From: Demequinaceae bacterium
GTDB lineage: Bacteria > Actinomycetota > Actinomycetes > Actinomycetales > Demequinaceae
Length of the DNA stretch: 32,000 nucleotides
NCBI GenBank assembly: GCA_965250005.1
Contig: OZ252279.1
Coordinates: 840,001 to 872,000 of the forward strand
Direction of reading: 5' to 3'
The translations under genes were made by a program, and so were the position numbers. How positions within the stretch are numbered: the first letter of the stretch is position 1; each line of letters opens with the position of its first letter. Of the stretch, positions 1 through 10,340 are shown one piece after another. The notes beneath the pieces were generated by a model. That model was not told the DNA's origin and searched no databases. It was given only the letters and a program-made list of their open reading frames with translations.

Positions 1-275
1 GCACCCATCGCGTCTATGTCGGCTAGGTTCTGCGTCGCGGCTCGGAAGCCGACGTCTGCGCCCGTAGACCACTCGGCCCGGAAATGCTGGTCCTCAACGA
101 GGACATCGCTCGATACCACCAGATCGCCTGTGAGTGAGAGAACAGCAGCATCGTCCCCCGGACCCAAAATGGCGGCGGATGTTTGTGGGAGCCTTGGGGA
201 GAAGAGCGCAATGAGTTCATCTTCGCCAAGGTCAGCGATCTTCGGCACGTTCTCAAGGGTACGCGGCGGATTCAT
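1..275 (-). CDS. thiL: thiamine-monophosphate kinase, N-terminal part (runs off the left edge)
   Basis: Manual minus-strand translation from ATG at 275: MNPPRTLENVPKIADLGEDELIALFSPRLPQTSAAILGPGDDAAVLSLTGDLVVSSDVLVEDQHFRAEWSTGADVGFRAATQNLADIDAMG. GPGDDAAV and NLADIDAMG are ThiL motifs. Not in the ORF track because it is truncated. Confidence 0.9.
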   Translation of the reverse strand, partial: MNPPRTLENVPKIADLGEDELIALFSPRLPQTSAAILGPGDDAAVLSLTGDLVVSSDVLVEDQHFRAEWSTGADVGFRAATQNLADIDAMG

Positions 276-294
276 TTCGCGCTTGGCGGACGTC

Positions 295-669
295 CTATTC
301 GCACCAAACGCCCTGGACGGGAAATCTCACAACCGCTCCGTCGGCAGGCGACACGGGAACCTCCAACGGGCCGCTCCAGTCGTCGGTCCCCTCCGTGCGA
401 ACGTAGAAGATCGCGGTGTCCGCCCCTTTGACGTAGTACGCCGGGATGGTGGCTGCGGGCCGGGCGAAGTAGATCTCCGTCGATGTTCCCTGCGACGGCT
501 CGTTCACGCCCCCGAACACCTCAATAGGTACGGCGCAGTCGTTCACGAGGTCCAGGCCGCCAACACTGTGGCATCCGCTCAGCGCGGCGACCCCTACAAC
601 CGCCATCGCGATCAGTGCCAATCCCCTTGGCGTGGGGCCCGGACCTCGCAAGTCTTCGGATCGCTTCAT
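295..669 (-). CDS. putative lipoprotein of unknown function
   Basis: Internal ATG at 669; hydrophobic signal ending in a lipobox-like VAALSGC; small secreted protein directly upstream of thiL. Confidence 0.6.
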   Translation of the reverse strand: MKRSEDLRGPGPTPRGLALIAMAVVGVAALSGCHSVGGLDLVNDCAVPIEVFGGVNEPSQGTSTEIYFARPAATIPAYYVKGADTAIFYVRTEGTDDWSGPLEVPVSPADGAVVRFPVQGVWCE

Positions 670-847
670 GACTCCATGTCTATCGGGGTGGCGCGCGCCG
701 GGGTGGGTTCGTTGCCGCACCGTGGCCGTATCGTGGCCCGACCGAGGCCGTACCGTGACGATCGTTACCTAGGGGTTGCCAAGGACGGCGGCGCGGGCGA
801 GCGGGCGCGGTGATTGGCGACTACGGCCGTAGCCCTAGGCTTGGAGA

Positions 848-1336
848 GTGACACGCCCAACAGTTTTCGCAAGAACTGGCATCGCCGTACTCGTCGCCGC
901 ATCGGTGTCCGCATGTGCGGTCCCGCTGACCGTCCAACCGGCTCCGCACGCGGCGGACCCCGATTGTGCCCGCGTGATGCTCGCGGCGCCAGACACATTG
1001 GGCGGCCTCGACGCTCGCGGCACCACCGCCCAGGCTGCCGAGGCCTGGGGCGTCGAATTCCCGATCGTCGTGCGCTGTGGAATCGAGATTCCGACTCCGT
1101 CTACTGACACGTGTTTCACCATCGACACCGGCGGCTACAGCGCGGACTGGGTCCTCCAAGACTCCGACGACTACTGGATCGCCGCAACATACGGTCGCGA
1201 CCCGGCTGTCGAGGTCGTGGTGCCCAAGGCCCGCGCGGACCAGGCGCTCGCAGAAGTCCTCCAGGACCTCACGCCGTCGGTGGCACTCGCTCCCACGACG
1301 GGGCGCGCCTGCCTCACACGGACTGACGTCGCCTAG
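848..1336 (+). CDS. DUF3515-like lipoprotein
   Basis: 162 aa; lipobox-like ASVSAC; sequence character (CAVPLTVQPAPHAADPDCARVMLAAPDTLGG...) and position beside ddl/thiL match the actinobacterial DUF3515 family. Confidence 0.7.
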   Translation: MTRPTVFARTGIAVLVAASVSACAVPLTVQPAPHAADPDCARVMLAAPDTLGGLDARGTTAQAAEAWGVEFPIVVRCGIEIPTPSTDTCFTIDTGGYSADWVLQDSDDYWIAATYGRDPAVEVVVPKARADQALAEVLQDLTPSVALAPTTGRACLTRTDVA

Positions 1337-1477
1337 CGCGCGCGTTTGTAAGCGCGAAACCGGGCGGTACGTAGTCCGCTGACCAAGTACCGTCAGCCGA
1401 CCTCAGAGACGGCTCCAGCGCGGCCAGGAGGCCCTAGAGCACGGAATAGGCGGGCCGCGATTAGGCGGACAACCGCC

Positions 1478-2587
1478 TTAGCGGAGCATCCCGGTGGGGC
1501 GCTCGAGCGCCGTGCGAAGCATGGTCTCGACTAGATCGGGGTAGTCGATGCCCGATTCGGCCCACATGCGCGGGTACATCGACGTGGGCGTGAAACCGGG
1601 CATCGTATTGATCTCGTTGACCACGACGGAGCCGTCGGCGCGCACGAACGAATCGACTCGCGCCAGTCCCTCCGCACCGATAGCCGCGAACGCGCGGCGC
1701 GCGTAGTCCTGCACCGTCGCGACCACGGCGGCATCGAGCTGCGCCGGGCAGATCAGGTCCACCGCCTCGTCGTCGAGGTACTTGGCATCGAAGTCGTAGA
1801 AGTCGTGGTCGCCACCGGTGACAACCTCCCCCGGCGGGCTCACCCGCACGCCAGTGCCGTCTGCAAACATCGGGCCGTCCTGAAGCACTGCGCACTCAAT
1901 CTCGCGGCCCTCGATGGCCACCTCTATGAGCACCTTCGGGTCATGCTCCGCCGCGCCCACGACCGCTACCTCGATCTCGTCCCACGCATCAACGCGCGAC
2001 ACGCCCATGGAGGACCCCGCGCGTGCGGGCTTGACGAAGAGCGGCAGCCCGAGAGCCTCGAGCTCGACCCTGCGGGAGTCAATGCTCTCACCCAAGCGCA
2101 GCACCACGTCGTCGGCGACGGGCAGCCCCGCAGCCCGCAAGGAAGTCTTCATGTGCTGCTTGTCCATGCCGAGCGCGGACGCGAGCACTCCAGCGCCCAC
2201 AAAGTGTGCGTCAATCAACTCGAGCGCGCCCTGCACGGTGCCGTCCTCGCCCCACGGACCGTGAAGCAGCGGGAACACCACATCGATCGCGGCGAGATCC
2301 TCGATGTGGCCACCTCGCACCACGCGCCACATGTGCTCGCCTGCGCGCTCGGGCATCAGCACAGGCGCTCCGTCTCCGGAGACCTCGGGAAGGTGCCGAT
2401 CGACAATGGCCCACTCGGCGGCATTGTCACTCGCCACCGTCCACAGGCCGTCGGGCGCAATGCCGATTGCGATGACATTCCAGCGGTCGCGATCAATCGC
2501 GCCCATCACACCACCGGCGGTGAGGCACGAGATCCCGTGCTCGGTGGACCTGCCCCCGAACACGACCGCAACAGTGGGACGGGACAT
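1478..2587 (-). CDS. ddl: D-alanine--D-alanine ligase
   Basis: VAVVFGGRSTEHGISCLTAGGV at the N-terminus; ATP-grasp motifs KPARAGSSMGVSRV, EINTMPGFTPTSMYPRMW. Confidence 0.95.
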   Translation of the reverse strand: MSRPTVAVVFGGRSTEHGISCLTAGGVMGAIDRDRWNVIAIGIAPDGLWTVASDNAAEWAIVDRHLPEVSGDGAPVLMPERAGEHMWRVVRGGHIEDLAAIDVVFPLLHGPWGEDGTVQGALELIDAHFVGAGVLASALGMDKQHMKTSLRAAGLPVADDVVLRLGESIDSRRVELEALGLPLFVKPARAGSSMGVSRVDAWDEIEVAVVGAAEHDPKVLIEVAIEGREIECAVLQDGPMFADGTGVRVSPPGEVVTGGDHDFYDFDAKYLDDEAVDLICPAQLDAAVVATVQDYARRAFAAIGAEGLARVDSFVRADGSVVVNEINTMPGFTPTSMYPRMWAESGIDYPDLVETMLRTALERPTGMLR

Positions 2588-2589
2588 GA

Positions 2590-3591
2590 CTACTTGCCCT
2601 CTGCCTTCCGCGGCCGGGTCAGCAGCGCACTCATCACGGCTTCGATTGGTTCCCCGTGGTGCAGCATGTCCACCACCGCGTCGCAGATCGGGACATCCAC
2701 GCCTGTGTCCTGCGCGAGTTGCTGAATCGACAGCGAGGACTTGTAGCCCTCGGCAGTACCGCCCGCCTGCTCGATCGCCTGGTCAAGCGTGAGCCCACGG
2801 CCAATGTTTGCACCGAGCGTGTGGTTGCGCGACAGCGGCGAGGCACACGTCGCGATGAGGTCGCCCACACCGGCAAGGCCTGAGAATGTCTCATGCCTTG
2901 CGCCGAGCGGTAGGCCAAGGCGGGCGATTTCCGCGAGGCCGCGCGTGATGATCGTGGCTGTGGTGTTGTGCCCGAAACCCTTGCCAGACGTGATTCCCAC
3001 GCCAACTGCGATCACGTTCTTGTATGCGCCGCACAGCTCGACGCCCACGAGGTCGGTGTTGATGTACGGGCGGAAGTACGCGGACTGGGAGGCCTCGGCG
3101 AGCCTATCCGCGGTCTCTTCTGTGGAAGCGGCGACGACGGTCGCGCACGGCTGCTTGCCCGCGATCTCCCGCGCCAAGTTGGGCCCCGACACCACTGCGA
3201 GGCGCTCTTGCTCGATGCCCCATACTTGCCCGAGCACTTCGCTCATGCGCAGGTGGGAGCCCACCTCGATTCCCTTCATGAGAGATGCCACGAGGGCATC
3301 TCCAGGGATGAAGTCCTTGAAACCGTCGACGATGTCACGTAGGAACTGCGCGGGCAGCGCCACGGCCACGATGTCGGCGTCGGCAAGCGCCTCCTCGGGG
3401 TCGGTTGTGGCGCGCACGCTGTCGGGCAGCACGACATCGCCGAGCCTCGCGGAGTTCATGTGTTTGGCGTTGATCTCGTCCACAGCGTGGCCGTCGCGAC
3501 CCCACAGGGTGACGTCCGTGCCCGCGTCGGCGAAGACGCCCGCGAACGTGGTCCCCCATGCTCCGGTGCCGAGCACCGCTGCGCGCGTCAC
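2590..3591 (-). CDS. gpsA: glycerol-3-phosphate dehydrogenase [NAD(P)+]
   Basis: AVLGTGAWGTTFAGVFADAG; VSGPNLAREIAG; ELCGAYKNVIAVGVGI; GLAGVGDLIATC. GTG start overlaps the plsC stop. Confidence 0.95.
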   Translation of the reverse strand: MTRAAVLGTGAWGTTFAGVFADAGTDVTLWGRDGHAVDEINAKHMNSARLGDVVLPDSVRATTDPEEALADADIVAVALPAQFLRDIVDGFKDFIPGDALVASLMKGIEVGSHLRMSEVLGQVWGIEQERLAVVSGPNLAREIAGKQPCATVVAASTEETADRLAEASQSAYFRPYINTDLVGVELCGAYKNVIAVGVGITSGKGFGHNTTATIITRGLAEIARLGLPLGARHETFSGLAGVGDLIATCASPLSRNHTLGANIGRGLTLDQAIEQAGGTAEGYKSSLSIQQLAQDTGVDVPICDAVVDMLHHGEPIEAVMSALLTRPRKAEGK

Positions 3592-4403
3592 GCGCTGGCC
3601 TCGGGCTTCGCGACGTCAGTCTTTGCGGCAGCTGCTTCTCGAGCGTCGTCGTTCTTGATCTCGCTCTTCTTGCGCACCCCGTGCGAGTGCTTGCGCACGT
3701 CGTACTTCTCGGCCGGTGCCTTTTCTCCGCGCAGATCTTCGACCATGGTGGTGAGCGTAGCCATGATTCGGTCGGTCGCCTCGCGCAGAACCAAGTTGTT
3801 CATCGGTTTTGCGCGAAGGTCGTCGAGATCGATCTCTGGACCGCATACCATGGTGATCTTCTTGGGAGGGAAAGGTTTGAGGAGCTTGCCGTATCGGGCG
3901 AGCAGGCGGTGCGCGCCCCACTGCGCCACGGGGATCACGGGGACGCCCGCGCTGATCGCCATCCGTGCAGCACCCGTGCGCGCGACCATCGGCCACATAT
4001 CGGGGTCGCGCGTGAGCGTTCCTTCTGGGAACAGCGCGATCATGTCACCACGCGCGAGGAACGCGTTGCCGTCGTCCACGGCATCCTTCGCCTTCGATGT
4101 GCCACGGTGGACCGGCACCTGGTCTAGAGACCGCATTAGCCACCCGATCACCGGGACGCCGAAGAGCCCGGATTTGGCAAGGAAGCGCGGCGCTCGGCCG
4201 TTGGCGTAAATGAAGTGGGCGAAGGTAATCGGGTCGGCGTACGTGACATGGTTCGACACGGCGATGAAGCCGCCCTCGGCCGGGAGGTTCTCACCGCCGC
4301 GCCAGTCCCTGCGTGTAATAGGTCCCATAATCATGCGCAAGATCCACGCCGCGAAATGGTAGCCGCGCGGGACGTTCATCCGCCGCTTCACTTCGCGCTT
4401 CAC
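3588..4403 (-). CDS. plsC: 1-acyl-sn-glycerol-3-phosphate acyltransferase
   Basis: NHVTYADP (NHxxxxD) and FPEGTLTRD motifs of PlsC acyltransferases. Confidence 0.88.
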   Translation of the reverse strand: MKREVKRRMNVPRGYHFAAWILRMIMGPITRRDWRGGENLPAEGGFIAVSNHVTYADPITFAHFIYANGRAPRFLAKSGLFGVPVIGWLMRSLDQVPVHRGTSKAKDAVDDGNAFLARGDMIALFPEGTLTRDPDMWPMVARTGAARMAISAGVPVIPVAQWGAHRLLARYGKLLKPFPPKKITMVCGPEIDLDDLRAKPMNNLVLREATDRIMATLTTMVEDLRGEKAPAEKYDVRKHSHGVRKKSEIKNDDAREAAAAKTDVAKPEASA

Positions 4404-4430
4404 GGGCGGTCTCCCGACGTCCTGAGCGCG

Positions 4431-5741
4431 CTACTCAAAGTCAGCGCCCAGTGCCGTGAGCTTGCCCCGGAAATTCTCGTAGCCCCGGTCGATGATGCCA
4501 ACCCCCGTGACGTTCGATGTGCCGTCGGCCACGAGCGCCGCGATCAGGTGTGAGAACCCGCCGCGCAGATCCGGGACGTCGATATCGGCCGCTTTGAGTG
4601 GCGTCGGCCCGGAGATCGCCGCGGAGTGCTTGAAGTTGCGCTGGCCAAATCGGCAGGCGTTGTCACCGAGGCATTCACGATAGAGTTGGACCTTCGCGCC
4701 CATGGCCACAAGGGCATCCGTAAAGCCAAAGCGCTGCTCGTACACCGTCTCGTGGACGATGCTCAGGCCCTTCGCTTGCGTGAGCGCAACCACGAGTGGC
4801 TGCTGCCAGTCGGTCATGAATCCTGGGTGAACGTCGGTCTGTAGGGCGATCGCTCTGAGGTCTCCGCCCGGGTGGTAGAAGCGGATGCCGTCCGCAACCA
4901 CCTCAAACTCGCCTCCGACCTTGCGGAAAACGTTGAGAAACATGCCCATGGTGCGCTGCTGCGCGCCGTGCACAAATACGTCGCCCTTGGTCGCAAGCGC
5001 CGCTGCCGCCCAGGAGCCGGCCTCAATGCGGTCGGACACCGCGGTGTGGTCGTAGCCGTGCATCTGCTTGACGCCCTCGATGGTGATGGAGCGATCCGTC
5101 TCCACCGAAATGATTGCGCCCATCTTCTGGAGCGTGTCGATCAGGTCCTTGATCTCGGGCTCAACCGCGGCGTTTTCGAGGCGCGTGGTGCCCTCGGCCA
5201 TGACGGCAGTGAGCAGCAATTGCTCGGTCGCGCCCACGCTAGGATAATCGAGCCGGTGCTTGATTCCGTGCAGCCCGTCGGTCGCACTTAGGCTGAGTCC
5301 GTCGCCCATCTCGTCGACGTGCGCGCCAAACTTCTTCAGTATCTCGATGTGGAAACCCACGGGCCGCTCGCCGATGCGGCAGCCGCCCAGATCGGGGATC
5401 ACCGCGGTGCCGAGGCGATGCAAGAGTGGGCCGCACAGCAGGATGGGGATGCGGCTGGAACCGGCATGGACGCCCACGTCTCCGATGAGCGCTGCCGACA
5501 CCTTCGAGGGGTCGATCTCGAGCACGCCAGACTCTCGGTCGTAACTAACTTTGGCGCCGTGTAGCTCCAGCAAGCCCGTCACCACGCTGACGTCGCGAAT
5601 GTCCGGGACGTTGCGTAGCGTCGACGGCGTGGAGCCCAGCAGTGCTGCCACCATGGCTTTGGAAACGAAGTTCTTGGCACCACGTACGGTGATTTCGCCC
5701 TTCAGGGGCTTGCCGCCGTGGATGCGGATCGAGTCGCTCAT
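4431..5741 (-). CDS. murA: UDP-N-acetylglucosamine 1-carboxyvinyltransferase
   Basis: MSDSIRIHGGKPLKGEITVRGAKNFVSKAMVAALL; PDIRDVS; IPILLCGPLLHRLG; start trimmed to ATG at 5741. Confidence 0.93.
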   Translation of the reverse strand: MSDSIRIHGGKPLKGEITVRGAKNFVSKAMVAALLGSTPSTLRNVPDIRDVSVVTGLLELHGAKVSYDRESGVLEIDPSKVSAALIGDVGVHAGSSRIPILLCGPLLHRLGTAVIPDLGGCRIGERPVGFHIEILKKFGAHVDEMGDGLSLSATDGLHGIKHRLDYPSVGATEQLLLTAVMAEGTTRLENAAVEPEIKDLIDTLQKMGAIISVETDRSITIEGVKQMHGYDHTAVSDRIEAGSWAAAALATKGDVFVHGAQQRTMGMFLNVFRKVGGEFEVVADGIRFYHPGGDLRAIALQTDVHPGFMTDWQQPLVVALTQAKGLSIVHETVYEQRFGFTDALVAMGAKVQLYRECLGDNACRFGQRNFKHSAAISGPTPLKAADIDVPDLRGGFSHLIAALVADGTSNVTGVGIIDRGYENFRGKLTALGADFE

Positions 5742-5763
5742 GGGTCTATCGTGCCCTATCGCG

Positions 5764-6402
5764 CTACGAGACCGGCCGAGCCGCCTTGATTTCTTCAGCA
5801 GGGAGCGTTTTTGCCGGCAGTGTCTTGGGACGCCACGCCTCGCGCGTCGCCTCAAACGCGGTGATTGCCGGCTCGTCGTCCAACGTGAGACTGATGTCGT
5901 CCAGGCCCTCTATCAGGCGCCAGCGCACGTAATCATTGATTTCGAACGGCACCGTAATGTCGCCAGCGGTGACGGTCTTGTCCTCGAGTGAGACGGTGAC
6001 CTCGCGACCCGGGTCCCCCTCGATCGTCTTCCACAGCAGTTCGATGTCGCTCTGCGCGACCTCGCCGGTGAGTAGCCCCTGCTTGCCCGAGTTGCCGCGG
6101 AAAATGTCTGCGAACCGACTAGCGAGTACCACCTTGAATCCGTAGTCCTTCAGCGCCCAGACGGCGTGTTCGCGGGACGAGCCGGTGCCAAAATCAGGCC
6201 CCGCGATGAGGACGGAGCCGGCCTGGTATGCGTCCTGGTTGAGGACGAAGTCCTCGTCACCACGCCAGGCGGCAAAGAGCGCATCCTCGAAGCCCGTGCG
6301 CGTGACGCGTTTGAGGTACACCGCGGGGATGATCTGGTCGGTGTCAACGTTGGAGCGGCGCAGTGGGACAGCGACGCCGGTGTGGGTGGCGAACTTCTCC
6401 AT
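5764..6402 (-). CDS. leuD: 3-isopropylmalate dehydratase small subunit
   Basis: [47 protein letters not shown]; [14 protein letters not shown]; start trimmed to 6402. Confidence 0.95.
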   Translation of the reverse strand: MEKFATHTGVAVPLRRSNVDTDQIIPAVYLKRVTRTGFEDALFAAWRGDEDFVLNQDAYQAGSVLIAGPDFGTGSSREHAVWALKDYGFKVVLASRFADIFRGNSGKQGLLTGEVAQSDIELLWKTIEGDPGREVTVSLEDKTVTAGDITVPFEINDYVRWRLIEGLDDISLTLDDEPAITAFEATREAWRPKTLPAKTLPAEEIKAARPVS

Positions 6403-6406
6403 GGGT

Positions 6407-7813
6407 CTAACCTTCCAGGTCCGACGGGGCGGACAGCGTGCCCCGTATGGCGGTGGCGGCCGCGACGAGCGGCGACACCAAGTGGGTGCGGCCTCCCTTA
6501 CCCTGGCGGCCCTCAAAGTTGCGGTTGGACGTGGACGCGCTGCGCTCCTTGGGCTTCAGCTGGTCCGGGTTCATTCCCAGGCACATCGAGCAGCCGGCAT
6601 TGCGCCACTCGGCCCCAAAGTCGAGGAATACCTGATCGAGGCCCTCGGCCTCGGCTTGAAGCCGCACGCGAGCGGAGCCCGGCACGATCAGCACGGTGAT
6701 GTCGTCCGCCTTCTGCTTGCCCTTCATCATTGCGGCAGTGGCGCGCAGGTCCTCGATGCGGCCGTTGGTGCACGAGCCAACGAAGACCGTGTCGATCTTG
6801 AGATTCTTGAGCGGCGCGCCGGGCGTGAGGCCCATGTACTTGATGGCGTTCTCAGCGGCGACCCGTTCGCTCTCGTCGACGATGTCTGCGGGGTTTGGCA
6901 CGTTCGCGCTGAGCGGCAGGCCCTGGCCCGGGTTGGTGCCCCACGTAACAAAGGGCTCGAGCTCGGATGCGTCGAGTTCAACCTCGATGTCGAAGGTGGC
7001 GTCGTCGTCCGTCTTGAGGGTTTTCCAGTACTCGACGGCCGCGTCCCAGTCGGCGCCTTCGGGCGCATGGGGCCGGCCATCAACGTAGTCGAAGGTGGCC
7101 TGATCGGGGGCGATGAGGCCAGCGCGGGCCCCTGCCTCGATGGACATATTGCACACGGTCATGCGCGCTTCCATGGACAGCGCGCGGATGGCCTCGCCGC
7201 GGTACTCGAGCACGTAGCCTTGTCCCCCGCCTGTGCCGATCTTGGCGATGACCGCCAGGATGATATCTTTCGCGGTGCTGCCTTCGGGAAGCGCGCCGTT
7301 GACGTTGATCGCCATGGTCTTGAACGGCTGAAGCGCTAGTGTCTGGGTCGCGAGCACGTGCTCGACCTCGGAGGTACCGATGCCGAACGCGAGCGCGCCA
7401 AAAGCGCCGTGCGTTGATGTGTGGGAGTCGCCGCAGACAACCGTCATGCCTGGTTGCGTGAGACCGAGCTGCGGGCCGACTACGTGGACGACGCCCTGGT
7501 CGGCATCACCTAAGGAGTGCAGCCGCACGCCGAATTCCTTGGCGTTAACGCGCAGCGTGTCGATCTGGGTGCGGCTGGTGAGGTCGGCAATCGGCTTGTC
7601 GATGTCGAGCGTCGGGGTGTTGTGGTCCTCTGTCGCGATGGTGAGGTCCGGGCGGCGCACAGCGCGGCCAGCGAGGCGAAGACCCTCGAACGCCTGCGGG
7701 CTGGTGACCTCGTGGCACATGTGGAGGTCGATGTAGATGATGTCGGGCGAGCCGTCCTCACCCTTCTTGACCAGGTGGTCCTGCCACAGTTTCTCGGCAA
7801 GGGTCGTGCCCAT
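6407..7813 (-). CDS. leuC: 3-isopropylmalate dehydratase large subunit
   Basis: [15 protein letters not shown]; [31 protein letters not shown]; [17 protein letters not shown]; [10 protein letters not shown]; start trimmed to 7813. Confidence 0.97.
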   Translation of the reverse strand: MGTTLAEKLWQDHLVKKGEDGSPDIIYIDLHMCHEVTSPQAFEGLRLAGRAVRRPDLTIATEDHNTPTLDIDKPIADLTSRTQIDTLRVNAKEFGVRLHSLGDADQGVVHVVGPQLGLTQPGMTVVCGDSHTSTHGAFGALAFGIGTSEVEHVLATQTLALQPFKTMAINVNGALPEGSTAKDIILAVIAKIGTGGGQGYVLEYRGEAIRALSMEARMTVCNMSIEAGARAGLIAPDQATFDYVDGRPHAPEGADWDAAVEYWKTLKTDDDATFDIEVELDASELEPFVTWGTNPGQGLPLSANVPNPADIVDESERVAAENAIKYMGLTPGAPLKNLKIDTVFVGSCTNGRIEDLRATAAMMKGKQKADDITVLIVPGSARVRLQAEAEGLDQVFLDFGAEWRNAGCSMCLGMNPDQLKPKERSASTSNRNFEGRQGKGGRTHLVSPLVAAATAIRGTLSAPSDLEG

Positions 7814-7892
7814 TGTGTCCTCCGTGCGGTTCGCGTGTTGTCGAAAACTTGGCGGCAGTATCACTCTGCCAGAGATACCGAGCCTCTTGCCA

Positions 7893-7907
7893 TCTCACAA
7901 TGCGAGA
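7893..7907. promoter_or_regulatory. candidate regulator-binding palindrome in the leuC/iclR intergenic region
   Basis: TCTCACAATGCGAGA, imperfect 15-bp palindrome between divergent leuC and the IclR gene. Confidence 0.4.
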
Positions 7908-7922
7908 CGCTAGTATCGTTCT

Positions 7923-8642
7923 ATGGACAATCATAGCGGAGTTGGCGTCATTGACAAGGCCGCCGCCATCCTTGGCGAACTAGAGGGCGGGCCAGCGACA
8001 CTCGCCGAACTCGTCACCTCGACGCACCTAGCCCGACCAACGGTCCACCGGCTCCTGCTCGCGCTCGAGCACCACCACCTAGTAGGCCGCGACTCCGCTG
8101 GCGCATTCAAGCTCGGAGCACGGTTCGCGCGCCTCGCTGCATCCGTCGGCGAAGACCGGCTGGTTGGCGCCGCCCAGCCCGTCCTGACCGTCCTGCGCGA
8201 CCGCACTGGCGAATCCGCGCAACTGTACCGACCTCACAGGGACCAACGGATTTGCATCGCTTCCGCGGACCGGCCTGTTGGGCTGCGCGACTCAATTCCC
8301 GTTGGCACGACCCTGACGATGGCCGCAGGCTCTGCCGCGCAGGTGCTGCTCGCGTGGGAGGAGCCCCCTCGCATGCACGCCGGGCTGGCCGGGGCTCGGT
8401 TCACGGCCGCCGACCTCGCCAGCGTTCGCGAGGCCGGACTCGCAGAGAGCTCGGGCGAGCGCGAGCCCGGTGTCTCGAGCGTGTCCGCGCCAGTCTGGGG
8501 AGCGGGCGGCACCGTGATCGCGGCGGTGTCCATCTCAGGGCCGACAGAGCGCCTCACCGACCACCCCGCCCAGGAGCACGCGCGTGCCGTGGTGGACGCT
8601 GCCCAACAACTCAGCGACGTACTGCGCCGTACGGACGCCTAG
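7923..8642 (+). CDS. IclR-family transcriptional regulator (NdgR/LtbR-like by position)
   Basis: MDNHSGVGVIDKAAAILGELEGGPATLAELVTSTHLARPTVHRLLLALEHHHLV: IclR-type HTH; IclR effector domain; divergent from leuCD. Confidence 0.9.
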   Translation: MDNHSGVGVIDKAAAILGELEGGPATLAELVTSTHLARPTVHRLLLALEHHHLVGRDSAGAFKLGARFARLAASVGEDRLVGAAQPVLTVLRDRTGESAQLYRPHRDQRICIASADRPVGLRDSIPVGTTLTMAAGSAAQVLLAWEEPPRMHAGLAGARFTAADLASVREAGLAESSGEREPGVSSVSAPVWGAGGTVIAAVSISGPTERLTDHPAQEHARAVVDAAQQLSDVLRRTDA

Positions 8643-8793
8643 CCTCAACTCCGGCACAAATAGCAGCGCCTGTGGGGCTCCGGCGGAAAGCTGGCACGCG
8701 CTCCACCATCGCCCTCACAGGCGCCGACATCCTTTTGACCACCGGCCGATTGTCATCTCCGAGGTGCTCATCACAACCTTGGGCCGGCGCCCT

Positions 8794-9630
8794 CTACGCG
8801 GATACCGCCGGGCTAGGCGACGCAGTGTCCGTCGGCTTGCCGCCCGGAGTGCCCTCCGGCTTGCCGCCGCCAACGCCATCAGGTTTGCCTCCCTGAGCGT
8901 CCTCCGGCTCGTCATCGCCATCAGGCTTACCGCCCGGAGTGCCCTCCGGCTTGCCGCCGATGGCTTTGGCGCGCTCGCTCACGGCTGCGCCAAAATCTGC
9001 CCCGCGAGTCTCGCCGCTCGCCATGAATTGAAGGAGAGCCGAGACGCTCGCACGCGTGTCCGATGACTCGCCCGGGTTGTCATTTGAGACCGCCTCGGCC
9101 GCTACCAGCAGCGCGTCGGCCGCGCCGATCTCGCCGCTCTCGCGGAGAGCCTTGGCTGCATGTTCGATGGCCTCCTCAGCGTCACCTTGGTCATCCAGTT
9201 CGACTGCTTCGTCTAGGCGCTCGTCAATCCCTCCGTCGCCAAGGCCGAAGGCCTCGAACGCACGGTCAACGCCATAGAGGGCATCGCCGGGGATCGCGTT
9301 GTCAGCCGCCGCCGCGGTACCTGCCACACCAATCGATGCCGCCAGGGCGACGAGTCCCGCCACTCCTGCTCGGCGTCTCCAGGTCACAGTTTCGTTCTTG
9401 CTGGTGCCGAGCAGCCTCGATCGTGCGGGAGGCATGGATTCCGCCGAGTTTCGTGCGACTCGCGCCAGAGTAGAAGCGAAGTCCTGGGCGGCTGCCGCGG
9501 ATCCGTCGACCTCCGCCAGCGATCGAATTTTGTCGGTCATTGGCTTCAGGCGGGCAAGGTCTCGGCCCTCAGGGGACTGCCCTGAGAACAACGTGTCAAT
9601 ATCTCGGTCGGACCACTCGCGTTTTGTCAT
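8794..9630 (-). CDS. putative membrane/anti-sigma-like protein with C-terminal GGKPxG repeats (DUF5667-like)
   Basis: MTKREWSDRDIDTLFSGQSPEGR...; one TM/signal segment (AGVAGLVALAASIGVAGTAAAADNAIPGDALYGVDRAFEAFGLG); low-complexity GGKPEGTPGGKPDG tail; directly downstream of a sigma gene. Confidence 0.75.
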   Translation of the reverse strand: MTKREWSDRDIDTLFSGQSPEGRDLARLKPMTDKIRSLAEVDGSAAAAQDFASTLARVARNSAESMPPARSRLLGTSKNETVTWRRRAGVAGLVALAASIGVAGTAAAADNAIPGDALYGVDRAFEAFGLGDGGIDERLDEAVELDDQGDAEEAIEHAAKALRESGEIGAADALLVAAEAVSNDNPGESSDTRASVSALLQFMASGETRGADFGAAVSERAKAIGGKPEGTPGGKPDGDDEPEDAQGGKPDGVGGGKPEGTPGGKPTDTASPSPAVSA

Positions 9631-9664
9631 GTCACTGCTGTTATCGCCGCCGGGCGCCGAAAGG

Positions 9665-10240
9665 TTACAGATCTGGCGGAATGCGTGCACGCAATGCCGC
9701 GAGCGCCCGATGCTGAAGGGTCTTTACCGCCCCGCTACGCTTGCCCGTGATCGCTGCCGTCTCAGCGACCGAGAACCCGCCGACGATCCTGAGCAGCAGC
9801 ACATTTCGCTGATCATCCGAGAGATCTTCGAGCAACGCTTGTGCGTCGCCGGATGCAATGTTCGCGAGCGCCTCGCCCTCTGCGTTTCCGCCCGCGAGTT
9901 CGAGCGTGGCGGGATCTACATCGGCTGATCGTGGCCGACGGCCAACCGCGCGTCGGTCGTCGAGCATGCGCCGATGCGCGATGACGAACACCCATGATCT
10001 AAACGCGGCCTCGTCGCCCTCGAAGCTTCCGATGCCGTTGGCGACCTGCAGGAACGTCTCGGAAGCGACGTCTTCGGGTTCGCGCGCTCCTCGGCCAGCG
10101 AGGTAGCCCGTCACGGGGCCGGCAAATTCTCGATGAATCTGAGTCCACGCCCACTCAGACCCCTCACGGGCGCCAGCGAGAACCGTCGGGAACGCCTTGC
10201 CTAGGCTCACGGCCCGCCACGCTCCCCATTCATTGACCAA
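9665..10240 (-). CDS. RNA polymerase sigma factor, sigma-70/ECF family (module 1)
   Basis: Region 2-like PEDVASETFLQVANGIGSFEGDEAAFRSWVFVIAHRRMLDDRR and region 4-like LSDDQRNVLLLRIVGGFSVAETAAITGKRSGAVKTLQHRALAALR. Confidence 0.88.
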   Translation of the reverse strand: MVNEWGAWRAVSLGKAFPTVLAGAREGSEWAWTQIHREFAGPVTGYLAGRGAREPEDVASETFLQVANGIGSFEGDEAAFRSWVFVIAHRRMLDDRRAVGRRPRSADVDPATLELAGGNAEGEALANIASGDAQALLEDLSDDQRNVLLLRIVGGFSVAETAAITGKRSGAVKTLQHRALAALRARIPPDL

Positions 10241-10340
10241 GTATCGCCTTCATGGGGCGCCGGTGGCTCGCGCGGCTCGCAACGGCAGGTAACTTTTGGG
10301 CCTGGAAGCGAAGAACTTCCTGCAGAGTGACGCCGAGTGG

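Noticed and set aside
1805-2725. 306-aa plus-strand ORF
   Set aside because: Antisense of ddl; His/Arg-rich composition typical of shadow ORFs in high-GC genes.
6185-7339. 384-aa plus-strand ORF
   Set aside because: Antisense to leuD/leuC, which have clear motifs on the other strand.
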